DNA of 64,000 bases from Epiperipatus broadwayi (Eukaryota > Animalia > Onychophora), in assembly GCA_028023455.1 (NCBI GenBank), contig JAQFVV010000009.1, forward strand, positions 17,980,001 through 18,044,000, written 5' to 3'. Position 1 is the stretch's first letter. Each line of letters begins with the position of its first letter. Shown piece by piece: positions 27,981 to 40,960 of the stretch. The notes beneath the pieces are model-generated. The model was given only the letters and a program-made list of their open reading frames with translations. It was not told where the DNA came from and did no database searches. Position numbers and translations under genes: made by a program.

Positions 27981-28462
27981 TCCACTACACATGGATAAAT
28001 TTAACCATTTAATAAATATTCTCTTTTCCAAACACAAGATAAAGTCTTTTGAAAAGCTAGAATGAATCCCTCTATCTTTTTAATCTAAACATATATGTAT
28101 AGGCAAATCTTACGCATTTAGAAATGAGAGTGTGAAGATATTAAATAATCACTTTCAATTCCTTTTATTATATTTTAATGAATGATGCTTGTTATATATG
28201 CCTAATATTTTATCTAATAATGACATATCATAAGTTGTAAAAATTCCAAAGCGTCATTCATTGAAACATAGTAAAAGGAATTGAAAGTCATTATTTAATA
28301 TCTTCATGCTCTCATTTCCAAATGCTTAAGATTTGCCTGTACATATATATATAGGTTTAAAAGATGGAGTGATTCATTCTATCTTTTCAAAAGGCATTAT
28401 CTTGTGTTGAAAAGGAGAGTATTTATTAAATGTTTACATTTATCCAGTGCATGTGTAATGGA
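27981..28462. mobile_element. Old inverted pair, probably Penelope-like; arms 27981-28190 and 28249-28462
   Basis: Diverged ~210-bp inverted arms. The + strand gives KHICIGKSYAFRNESVKILNN and MNDACYI, resembling a GIY-YIG C-terminus. Confidence 0.6.
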
Positions 28463-31400
28463 ATGATCTCTAATTATTATTACAGATTAAAAATGTTAAC
28501 ACTATATAAATAAATAATTCATTAATTATATTTATTGTTTATATATGCTTATGAAGAATATTACTACTTTATAATTTTTGCAAAACTTCATAGATAATAT
28601 GCAACAAATAGGCAATTAATATCTTTTTTGAATTATTTATACATGAATAATAATGTATCATATATATAGTTCACATAATATATTATGTATGGAAAAATTA
28701 TTAAACAAAGAAAATCTATATTTATTGCTTTCATTTCCTTTTTGAACAATATTACTGTCTCATTATTTTTGGAAATACTTTCCCAATGCAATTTTTCTTT
28801 TTTTTTTTTTGTATTAAATGTTTATTAATTCCTAATAAGTTAATTTGTCGGTAATGAATTCTCTCTTCTTTTTTGCATTACATTTCATGGCTTTTATAAT
28901 TAAAATATGAAGAAAACATTTTCTGAACTGAGATTATTTTCTGCATATATTTCAAACTGTAAACAATTATAGCAATAAACATTTTAATGAAAGTGGTAAT
29001 CTTTTATTTCAGGGTTTGTGTTCTGCAAAAGTTGTAGCATGCATGTATTTTTTTTTATGTCATGATGTCTAACTTCAAGTGCATGAATATTAAAGTTTTC
29101 AAAATTGGAGGTCTTGGATTATCAGTTATCTGTCTATATTGCATATAATTTATGACTTATTTTGCTTACAAAATATATTTGGAAATGTTAGTTAAGTTAT
29201 AACCTTTTTATTAAATTTGACAGATCTATATCTTAAAAATAATAATCTTTTATCAAACATCTTTTATTGATTTTTACATAGTTTATCAAAAAGAGATATA
29301 TATGTCTTAGGTAAAAATTGCATTGAAAACTGAAATGCATTAAGAAAAAGATTTGCAAAGCACACAATTTGATAAGTTATCAAGTGATATTCAAGGACTG
29401 ACATGATTAAAATGTATCTAATTATAAATTTGTATATCCTTCAATTATTTATTTATTTTTGTTCACAGACAAATACAGCTCTAGTTTACTAAAAATAAAA
29501 AGGGTTTTTTACAAGCTAACATTAGAATTACATTTCACCAGATTGTTAGAAATCTTTTTTTATTTTGCATTAAGCATATTTTCTTTTAGTAATTAAAAAT
29601 AATTTAAATTTTTTAATTAAACAAAAAATTTATTACACCTAACAATAAAATAGTCTTAATTTGAATATTCTTTTGTTAATGCATTAATTTAAACCTGAAA
29701 ATAATTATTAATAAAAAATTAACTTTTTATTTTTAAATTGTAAAGAATTACATATATTCATATTTTTCTAAAAAATTTTTTTGAAAGTTATTCATTTAAG
29801 AAAATAGTTCTCTCTATATCCAATCTATTGGAAACTTTATACATTTTTATATTAATTAATAAAGTGCTTAAATAATATTTTTTAATAATTAATAGGTTAT
29901 TGCCTTAATATTATTAAACAATATGATAATTTGCAACTCAAAAATGTTCATCTATATACAAACATTGAAATATAATGAGAATTTTTCTATGTAATCTAGA
30001 TAAAATTTGAGTTAGGATATAACCAGATTATTATGTTAAAAAAATATCATTATATTATAATGTTTATATCTATAGGTCTGTGAAAATCTTTAAATTAATA
30101 AATATATATATCAATGCTATTAGTAATATAAATTGAACATTATTAAATTGACCATGTTACTATTATTTTTTTACATGTATGGTTTTCATGTATCATTTTT
30201 TTATATAATAAATAAAACATATGTATTCTAGACCAGGAAGAACTTTTATTTTGAATAAATCTCACCAATTGAATTAAATATGCATAAAACATAAGTAGTT
30301 ATATATTTAAATGTATTTAACTAAGATATAAGAAATTATATAATAGGCATATTCTGAATTATGATCTATAATACGGGTTCATAGGGTCAGTTTTAGGAAG
30401 CCCCTTTATCTTTAGCATCACATTTAATAGTTGCATGTGTTTCATCTTTTACATTTCAAAATAAAGCAAATAAAATTTATTTAATGTAAATAAGATTTAA
30501 GTTTATTTTGATTTATTTTTAGTGATGTTGGAGCTTGGCACAACTGATGAAAAATTGATCTCATAATTCTTATACTGCCATATTTACAATTCAAAATTTG
30601 GCTTATATATAGCATTTTATATTTTAGTTAAATAATCAGCTAATAGGAGGTATTTAAATGCATTCATTCATAATACAGTGAGTTCTGGTTTAATGACATT
30701 TTATTATAGAATGAATTATTTTATTATAGAATGAATTAAGATTTGTACAACAAATGCAAAGACATACAATGAACACTAGGAACTGCAATCATCTTAATTA
30801 TATAAAATTTAGTTATCAATTTAGTTTGCTTCATTTTATCTCTAGTGGTAAAATGTGTGTGTTTTTTTAAAAGTATTGTGGGTGTATATATTATAAAAAA
30901 TGTATCATGAGCCATAAATGCAGAATTTGAAAGTTGATTAATGTTGATAGAAAAAAAAAATTCTAAATGAAAGTAATGAAAATAGCAGAAATATTTGCTT
31001 TAAACATGAAATTGATAAATTGATGAATACCATTGGTTGAAATAAACATTATTGTAAGCATTGCTGGTTAATGTAAAAACTACATGCAACTTTAAATAAA
31101 GTATCAGACACTTTTATCATGTTTTGTAAGCTTAGTTGCATTTAGTTTTTCTTCAGCATTTGTTTCATTTTATTAATTTTAATTATGAGTCAGAAAAATA
31201 GTGTCAAAAATTGTTCACTATGCAATAAGTGGGGGGGGGGGTCTTTTCTATGTTCTGAATATGGTAGGATTAAATCAATAATCTTTTTTTTTTTTAAAAA
31301 AAAAAAAGATGAATTAGAAAGTGCACAAATAGTGAAAAGGATTTTCAGTTTGAATAATTGATTAACATTACAGAATTAATGGAAATTCATTTGCTAATAT

Positions 31401-32714
31401 ATATTAATCCAAGTCAAATGACAGGCATTATCAAGAAATTGTTTGAAGAATTTTTTTGCTATATCTCCTAGTATATCTGATGTTCTTGCAAAGAAGGTTA
31501 CTATTAATTAAATGTAGCTCATTGAATTCAGAAATAGGGAGGCTGCTAATGCAAGTAGTTGAATATTATCTTAACAAGAAATGGAAGTTTTCATATTAAC
31601 ATGTGAATTTTTATTAAAATATATGGCTTTAAAAGATAAATTTTTGTTTACATTAAAATATAGCTGTACAGCAATTTTATGTTTTTCTATATTTACATTT
31701 TTGATTTTTTTTGCTTAAATGATTGTTTTAGTTGTTAACTTTGATATTGGTAGTGAATACATGTATTTCAATGCAAGCTATATTGAATGGATAATATAAG
31801 AAATGGCATTCTGAAACCCAGTAATATATTATAGATTTTTCTACATAAATTATAATTATTTATTTACAATGCAGTCTGCATATTATAGTAAGTTATTTAT
31901 TTCTATATCATTACAGTATTTTTGTAATCAAGAAATAAACAGGAATTTATCATTTAAGGTTTTATTTTTTCCTTCATTGCCAAATTCTTTGATGACTTAT
32001 TAGCAATTAAAATATTTTTTTCTTTTTGTTATATTTTCTTGTGGTTAACAGTGCATAATCACTTGAAATGTATTAAAAATTTAGTGAATAAAATGTTTAC
32101 ATAGTTTGTTTGTTTTTAATGTTTGTGTGTGTTAATTTATTCAGGATTAAACAAAAATATTATTTGAGTAAATATTAAGTCTGATATTCATGAAAGTTTT
32201 TAATGTCAGACTTGATACCTGTTTACTCTTTTATTTAATTGTTTTATGTAAAATATTGAAATAATGAAAAATGAAAATAAAAGTTATAAAGTTCTTTAGC
32301 AATATGTAGTGTAAATATTTTAATTACAAACTATAAATAATGATAGAATAAATAGTTTTTTTTATAAGATTAGTTTTGCTAACTTGACCATTAAATTATT
32401 CATATATGAATATTGTTTGATAATTAAATATACTGACAAAGGTCTCTCTATCTTTGATTAATTGAGGTAATTGATAGAATCTTGAAGACTGCTGGAATTG
32501 AATGATGTTTGTTATTGAGTCATCATAATAATATTAAGTAATTATTATATTAGTTACAATAAACATCACATGACCACCACTTCTTATGCTTGTGTATAAC
32601 TGTTGTTAAAACAGGCAAAACTCACTATACGTATTGCCACACACAGCAAGCTAGAATAATCAGTGGATGCCAGAAGGCTTGTGTATAAAATCCCCATCTA
32701 GTGCCTACTCATCA

Positions 32715-32747
32715 TAGTTTCTGGCTTGTGGCCTTTGTCAGTGAGGA
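32715..32747 (-). ncRNA. Inactivated family-1 hammerhead
   Basis: Core reads CTGACAA; the cleavage triplet and 3' helix I strand are deleted. Confidence 0.6.
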
Positions 32748-32880
32748 GCCTTGGATCTGAGAGCTAATGGGCTTGGATTGAAAACACTCATAGTTTTGTA
32801 GTTAAGTGGAGATAAAAGGTGGCTGCTGGAGGGTTGCATTAGATCCTAAGATCTAGGTGCAGTGCTCTCAGATCCAAGGC

Positions 32881-32922
32881 TCCTCACTGATGAAGGCCAC
32901 AAGCCAGAAACTAGTCTGGGGA
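32881..32922 (+). ncRNA. Minimal hammerhead ribozyme (family 1)
   Basis: tcctca-CTGATGA-aggc(cacaa)gcca-GAAA-ctag-TC-tgggga; first helix II pair is mismatched. Confidence 0.75.
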
Positions 32923-33854
32923 TATTGGATGAGTAGGCACTAGATGGGGATTTTATGCACAAGCCTTTTGGCATCCATTGATTACTCTAGCTTGCTGTGT
33001 GTGGCAATACATATAGTGAGTTTTGCCTGTTTTTAATATTAGTTACAATAACTTAAATAATTATTTATTTTCTAGCTGTTCTTAAAGATTTCTGAATTGA
33101 TATTTGAGTAAAAATTCTGTAAATATTTTATCTTGAAATGAAGCACTGGCTTACTACTTTAATAAAATGAATGCATGACCATATTATCAAAACTGTAGAA
33201 GTAAAAGTATTCACTAACAAGAATTATATAATTAAATAAATTAAGAATTTCTAGAGAGATTTTAACAACCATGCCATTTTTAATAATGATAGGAAATTAG
33301 GAGGAGTAGAATTTGATAGTCATAACAATAAGAACTTAAAAAATCATATACTTATATAATTAAATTATTTATACAATTAAACAAATAAATTCTCTGAACA
33401 ATACTGGCCTTAGCACTTGCTCCAGGTTCCACACTAGGAAATTTTTTTTATTGGTACTACTGGGTATTGATCCATAATAATACTATACTTAATTACAGTT
33501 TTAAATTCATAAGAAAATATTTTTTATATATATTTAAATGTTCTTGGCAATTAGTTTATCTTTTATTTACAGACAGATTTAATGTTTGTGAAAAATATAT
33601 ATATAAGAATATTTAATGAAATAAAACAACTTTATAAAAAGCTTAATATACTAGCAAATATTTATTTTTTGAAAAATAAATATAATAACTGAAACACAGG
33701 CTTATTATATATCTAGGGTCTATAGATGATCACTGGCCACAGATTTGGGACAGTTTGTAGTGTTTACCAATATCTAAAAAAAAAAAAAAATACTCTCAAA
33801 GTTTCCACCAAATCTAAGTGTATTCGCATGAAGTGAAGAAGTTTCCTATTTCTT

Positions 33855-33959
33855 TTTTATATGTCATGGCATCAGCCGGGACGCGAACCTACACCCGTCT
33901 GCAACCAACTACTTGCTTGCAAGGCGGGTGCAATGACCTCTCGGCCAACAATGCTTGAC
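33855..33959 (-). mobile_element. tRNA-derived (Gly-like) SINE-like insert with TSD
   Basis: - strand GCATTGTTGGCCGAGAGGTC...GGTTCGCGTCCCGGCTGATGCCA with A/B-box-like motifs; tail TGACATATAAAAAA; AAGTTT(C/T)CTATTTCTT at 33839-33854 and 33960-33975. Confidence 0.75.
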
Positions 33960-36190
33960 AAGTTTTCTATTTCTTATTAGATGTTTTTAACAGTATTGAC
34001 TTTTGCCTTGGGCCCTGCAAACTCTAGAGGCAGTTCTGATTCTGAACAATTCGGTCTGTAAGAATGATTGATTCAAGAGATAAAAGTGCACTACCAATTG
34101 AAGTTAAAAAAAAACTCAGTTTTCATTTTTTCACTTTGATGTTAAAGTATTGTTTGACTTCCTGAACTACTGACCATTTGATAAATTATTAAAAACTACC
34201 TCAGTAAAGTGATTGATGCTTTGAGGCAGCAATACTCTCTGACCTATGAATCCTGTGGGTCTTTCTATGAATAAAGCTCTGATAATAGTAGTCCATATTT
34301 TGTGAAACGGGATTATAATATATATATATATATTAAGAATGGATTGTGATGAAAACCAATGTAAATGAAAGGGCAGAAAAATTAAAATTAAAACAAAAAA
34401 GACATGGTGATTTTTTCAGAGATGAAAAACAGATATAGATTATGAATGGGTTTTATCTGCATGATGATGATTTGTTTAGTAGTAGTCTACTGTTATTTAT
34501 TTATTATATCGTAGTGTCAATAACATTTTCTTTTGCTACAGTATTTGTTTAAAATAATTGATACTATTTTAATTGGGGAGAAAAAAACTTCAAATTGTTT
34601 CTTCCTGTAATTCCCCCCCCCCCTCTTTGTCTCGTAAGTAGTGATTATTTTTGTCAAGATAAGATATTAACAAACCATTACATTAGCTCTACATGCCAGT
34701 GATAATGTTTTCTCCAAACATTAGTAAGATAATTTCAGCTATTACTCATCTTTAACGTTAGTCTTAAATTTGGTCGATTGCTGGCGCTGTCAGCCGTCAT
34801 TGAGTCACTACATAGCAGTAATCATTTCAGGTATCGAAGCCTCGCTGTCTAGCATGATTTGAAGTTGCCACTTTTTTTTTCATCCTAAAGTTTGCATCAC
34901 ATAAGTTTCACTTTCTAGAGGCCATGAACACTATCGGTATAAAATCTTCTACATGTCCGATTATTTTCAAGGTTGTAGATACTGATACTACCCCCCTTTG
35001 ATTATGGGAAACTGCTGTATCTCTCAGCAGAAACGAAGCAATACTGGTAGGCAATAACTAAATCTAGTGTCACCTTAAAATAAACATTTTAAAAATAATA
35101 TATATATTTTTAAAATCAAATTGTTAGTTATTTTTAAGTCCAATAAGTGTAGTCCTTATTCTTTTGTTATAAAAAATATTTTACTTTAAAATGATAATAT
35201 TTGTGTGTGTTTACATCTAGATAAAAAAAAAAAAAAGTTTTGGAATGTTAAAATAACCATTTCCTGAGTAATCTAAGCAAAAGGAAGAAACCTATAGCGT
35301 AATGAATGACCTTTAAGGATTTTCTGACTAGAAGTAAAAAAAATGGCTTGTGTTATCGGGGGGGGGGGGGGGCTAAAAGATGTGCGTGCTATTTTTATAA
35401 AGCTTTTAATTAGGTGTAAAACTATTTTATTATTAAAAACAAAAAATTCTTGTTAATTACATATACTTATTAATATGGGTACAATATATGGAATTAAAAT
35501 GTCAATGCGTGTGTATATGTTCAGTCATATACGTTTAAATATATATTAATTTTTTCTGTTATATTGCAATATTAGCATAGTCTTTAAATGAAATACGATT
35601 AATATGTATGATTTCATTTTTGTTTATCTTTTATATTAATTTTATTTGCAAACAAAATTATAAACGTCTCTCTTAATCGTTGATATATATATATATCGAC
35701 TTTTTTTTATCATTATCATTGATTAGCTACCCAAGTCCAGTGTCACTTTCAACCAGAATAAGTATCTTCTCTCTTTTTTTAAAGAATATTTAAGTGTATT
35801 TCTAACATATTCCTCTACTTCTAAAATTTTTTCAGTATGCTGTATATTCTTTTTATATTTTCACCATTCCCTGATCTAATTTATCCAACTAATTTTTTTT
35901 CTGCTCTCTTATTGCTACTTAATAAGTGCCAATTTTCTTATGCCCACTCATTTGATATATCTTTGTCTATGTTTTTGTTTCATTTATAGCTAAGCTGAAA
36001 AAACATTTATTAATCTTTCTTAATTCTAAATTTAATAGCTTGTAATGTATATACATAAATTGTGTAATAGTTTATAAATTAAAATCTACATCATCATTAA
36101 TTGAAAATAAAATAATTTGAGAGAAAATAAATAGTAAAAAGTATATTTTAAACAACCCTAAGGACTTAAGCAAATTTTACTTAAATTGTT

Positions 36191-36305
36191 ATTTGAAATA
36201 TAGGCATTCTTATACCTGAACTTAATTGTAAATATAGGGGATTTGAACTCAGACTAACAAGCAACATCCAATTATCAACACTATCTCATACTACTGATAC
36301 ACATG
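36191..36305 (-). mobile_element. Diverged fragment of the family-2 monomer
   Basis: aggggatttgaactcagact and acactatctcata..ctgatacac match 50760/51225 and 63725. Confidence 0.5.
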
Positions 36306-37017
36306 ATATTCCAATTGAATTGTTAGAAGAGGCGAGAAATAGTTTGGGCTCAATGCATAGGCATATAACAACTTTCAACTGTCATGAAAATTATATAAGA
36401 ATCTTTATTTCCACCTAAATATAGCTAGATATCTATTTACCAACCAATATTGTATGGCTAACTGTATACTAGTTGGGGCTAATGATTTGAAAAGATCTCA
36501 CAAGTTCTACATTAATTTGATCACACTAACCTTCACATTTGGATGATAATCAAATGATATTAATTGGTTTTAATATCTCTTATCTTTAAGCAGAAAGTTT
36601 TTGTCCATATGTGAAGTTAAATCTGCACAGCAATGCAAAAGTTCAAACTGTATTTTATGAATAAGTTTTTAAAATGTTTAGAGAAGGAGGTATGACATCT
36701 TTACCACTGATGATATATATATATATGAAGAATAGAAATTATAGTTTACTTCTAAAAATTTTAAGTATATTTCACCATTTTAATTATAATATAATCTTCT
36801 GGATATTTTTTTATTGACATGAGTCTTTGTATTCTCTTCTCATCCTGATTTATTATATTTCCAAATTAAGTTTACAAGATACGATCTGAAGAGTTATTTC
36901 TTTTTAATGTTTCTAACCATGTTCTTTTGTGCATCTTAATGATTTATTAGGCTTTAGCAATAACAAATTATCACACTTAATTGTATAACAACTAAAACAA
37001 ATCCATCATATAGCTCA

Positions 37018-37272
37018 GTGTTTGTAGAACACAAGAAAACCACTCGCCATGCTTTTAAATCTGCTTCTGTGAAGATTGTTTGCCTCAAAAGTAATTATAG
37101 AAAATATAAAATCAAAGAGGCTTGGCATATAATTAATTCCACACATAAAATAAACATACGAGCCAATAGTGTTCCCTCAACAAACACTGGGTATTCAGTT
37201 TTTGAACATAGGTGGTGCTTAATAACTCACCTATTATACATGCAATTATGCAAATCTCCTAACACCCCCTAA
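37018..37272 (+). pseudogene. Penelope-like GIY-YIG C-terminal fragment
   Basis: FVEHKKTTRHAFKSASVKIVCLKSNYRKYKIKEAWHII parallels FVEHERNTGHAF...KRKVRKAYFI. Confidence 0.75.
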
Positions 37273-40200
37273 TTCAATCTTTTATAATCGAAACACTGTC
37301 ACTCTTTGCCAATCATCTCTCACTTATGCTTTGATAGAGATACTCCCATGTTGAAAGTCGATTTAGCAGATCATTTAACATATTATTTCAGTTGTATTTA
37401 TTATTATTTATTCATCTTTTACATTTTTTATTAGTATCTTTTAGTCCTAATACTGTACTGCCTTTAAACAGAGGACTCAATATGCAAGTTGTCTTCATTG
37501 ACCACTTCTTATGTTGAAAGACCAATTACACATGTAATAAACTATGTATTGAAAAATTATAGTTTATAATTCTGGTAATGAAACTTTTTTTAAAAAAAAA
37601 ATATTTCTGATAATGAATTTATTAAGTTATATTTGTTTTCAGGATAATGCATACATGCGGGACAAAGACAAAATGTTGAGGTAGACCCCTTCCTCCTTTG
37701 TTTTGTTTTTTAAATTTCAGTCTTCAGTTAAGAATAACTATATATCCATTTCATGGTTAATATTGGATGGATGGCTATGGTGAGCTTAATTTCTATGTTT
37801 TGAACTCCTTCAAAAAAATTTCCAGCTTCATTCAAGACTTGAACCCCTGATCCTAAACAAATTAGTCTAAAACTCTCACTGCTAGATTATTCTTATATGT
37901 AAAAATATGCTAATGACCTTAATCACACTATATTACTATGCTGTAGAGTTATCTATGAAAGCAAGAGCCAAGTACTAATCTGGAGATTGTTGGATATCAC
38001 AGTTTGTGTCTATTGATTGACCATGCTGAGATAAAAGTCTTTAGATTGGAATAATATAGCAAGGATTATTGCTGTTAATATAAATGTTATATGTAAATTA
38101 GGAGAGTTATGGAAGCTAGAAGCCTGCTTTGTTTTTTATAGGCTAAAATATGCTAGATGATGTCTAACAAAATTGTATAGATTTATGATAAATAGATTAG
38201 AAAAATCCTTATATATAAGTTTATTCTTGATTTTTTAATTTTTTTAACATTACTGTAAAGAATGCAAATCTATTACACTATTTATGTGTGTGAGTATGTA
38301 ATAGGTTTATTTCTAGCCAAAACATTGTAGTACATCTATTCACTGACTGATAAAGCTCCTAAATTTTTTAAACATTAATTATTGAAACAAAATCTTTGTA
38401 AGTTATATTCTCAATTTTAGGAATATTTTGTAGATCAAACTTCGAATTGATAAGAATAGCAAAGTCATCACCATATTATATACAAATCATGAAGGTGAAG
38501 TTCTTGTATTTTGTTTTTATTTGGGATAAAGTAAAAACTCCATCATCAAACTTATATTGTAATATGATATTTGATTCATACAACAAGCTATTAACTAATC
38601 CAAAGACCATTCATAAAAATGAAAATCAAAGTTGAAGCTACTACATATCTTTTCATTTCAAATGCTGCAAATTTCCAACTAACATTATAATAATGACTCC
38701 TCACATACAATTGTGTGAAAGATGCATAAAATAAACAAATTTTGATGATTTGCAATAATTTTAAAATCATTTCCACCAAACCTCAATTAACTGAGTCACA
38801 TGCTTTGATCAAATCAGTAAAAGAAATATATGTCACTGTTATTCACAAAAATTTTATTAGATAATTAATTGCAAAAAATATTTATTGTGTAATAAATTAC
38901 AATGAAAATTAATTAGAAAATGTATCTTGCATTATCTAAAATACATTTTATTATATAAATAAAATAGAAAATCAAATAATATTAAAATACTAGCTAAAAA
39001 ACAAATTTTTACTAAAATTCTCTCATGACCATAATATTTATTAACAACAAATAGATCTTATCAAGTGAAATTCAACTAGATACAAATAGCATATATATAT
39101 ACAAAACAGAATTTGTCTACCCATTATTCATTTCAAAAAACACCCATTTTTAATATTAAAGAATGCCTTCATGAGATCATTGACCTCAGATTCAAGAAGA
39201 TTTATCATCAGAGTTCCTTTGATTTCTTTTTAATTTATTTTTTTCATAAAAGGTAACTCTGCATTGTCAAATATTTTATGATCTATATTCAGTTCATGAA
39301 TATACAAAGCTGTTATGATACCTATTTTTAATTCTATTCTTATGAACTTTAAACTCTTTTATTATTACTTAATTTACTTTGACCTATATCAATTTTATGG
39401 CAATTGCAAGAAATATTTTAACTATAACAGGAGTTTTTTAGCTAGTATTTTAATGTTATACGATTTTCTATTTTATTTATTTATTATTACTAGTATAGCG
39501 TTAGTCAGTATTTAATTTTATTATGTATATTATTTTAATGTTAATAATGAATGTTATTTAAGGTAATATGGCTAACCCACATGAAAAAACAATAATAGTA
39601 ATTTATACTAAAACAATGTGCTATATATGTGTGTTATAAATAATATACTTAAGCTAAATGTTTACTCAATAATCATCACTGTTTTTTGATTTATTTTATT
39701 TTTTTAAATTAAAATAATGAAAGTTCATTTTATATTTTGAGACTACTTTAACAAATTATTATTTTTTATTCATAAGTAATCATTATACTGTAATTACTTA
39801 TTTTTATATGAATATTTAATTAAATATTATTTATTTAATATATAAATTTTGAAATTTAATGTAAATAGCTATTTGGTATATGATCTAATCTTTAATTCAA
39901 TTTTCATTTTAAAAATGCCCATGTAATTTTTTCTACTTATAATTCATATGATGCCATTATGTTTAGTTTGGATACAATGAAATTTTTTTATAATTTTTTT
40001 TTACTTAAGTAAATTGATGATGATGATAGCTAATTTATGCATTATATAAAAATTCAGTAATAACACTATTGCAGAGTACATTGTGTTTTAATTTATTTAT
40101 TTTTTAACAATAAATTTAATGGATTTATGAGGATTTACATATTGTAGGTATTTGAAAAAATTTGACAGTGTAACTTTCACTTATATTCAATGAATACAAT

Positions 40201-40352
40201 AAGGATACATTAACAAAATAGGAAAGTATTGGAGGAGGGGTGGATTCAGGCATTATTTCAGTGTCTGAGAAGAGACCCATTGGTAGCCTTACCTGCCGCA
40301 TGACTGATTATGTAATCTAATACAGATCAATTTTTGGACGATTTGTTATTGA

Positions 40353-40960
40353 CTTAAGCTTATTAATAGTTGTGTTTGGATACCTTTATGGGTATTTGTC
40401 ATATATAAATGTACATCTAGTGCAGCAGAGAATAAACAGAATGAATATAATAAAATGGATAATAGGAAAAAAACCTTGAGAAAAGTTAATTAATAAAGAG
40501 ATTGATCCAGAATCTGTTGAAAGAGCATTATGTATTCTGTCTCAAGTAGTTTGTAAGTCAGAATGCTGGCTTAATATGTAGCTTATTATTTCATCTTCTA
40601 AATTTATAGCACATGAAACACATTAGATCATCCTGTGTAAAGAATTCTCTATTTTAAAAAAGTTAATGTAAAACAAAAAATTTAGAATATTTAGATTCTA
40701 TTGATCAGAACTTGAAAAGCCATATTAAATTTGTTCCTAATCTCCAAGTGTGTCTCAAGAGATATATTGATATTTTTCCAGGCAGAAAAAAAGAAATTTG
40801 ATATTTCGTTGATTTTGGTGAGAAGAGTAATTAGAAAAAGAAAAATAGACGAAAGTTTATCTAGAGTTGTGAAATATGTGATCCAATTCTGGATGAAGAT
40901 TCATCTATTGAAAAAGTTAAATCAAGTGCTTTCTGAATAAAAAACAATGAAGTCCTAGAC
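40353..40960 (+). pseudogene. Decayed coding-like stretch of unknown, probably transposon, origin
   Basis: A ~75-codon stop-free frame (KKTLRKVNYKEIDPESVERALCILSQ) is followed by a stop-riddled frame (HIKFVPNLQVCLKRYIDIFPGRKK...CEICDPILDEDS). Confidence 0.3.

Larger units (their letters stand above)
32560..33035. mobile_element. Family-1 hammerhead retroelement, copy B (inverted pair)
   Basis: - strand arm ~32560-32770, + strand arm ~32775-33035; ATATTAGTTACAATAA at 32547-32562 and 33036-33051. Confidence 0.85.

Noticed and set aside
34772-34790. Fourth CTCF-like site (CGATTGCTGGCGCTG)
   Set aside because: The 5' half of the core matches poorly and the site is isolated.
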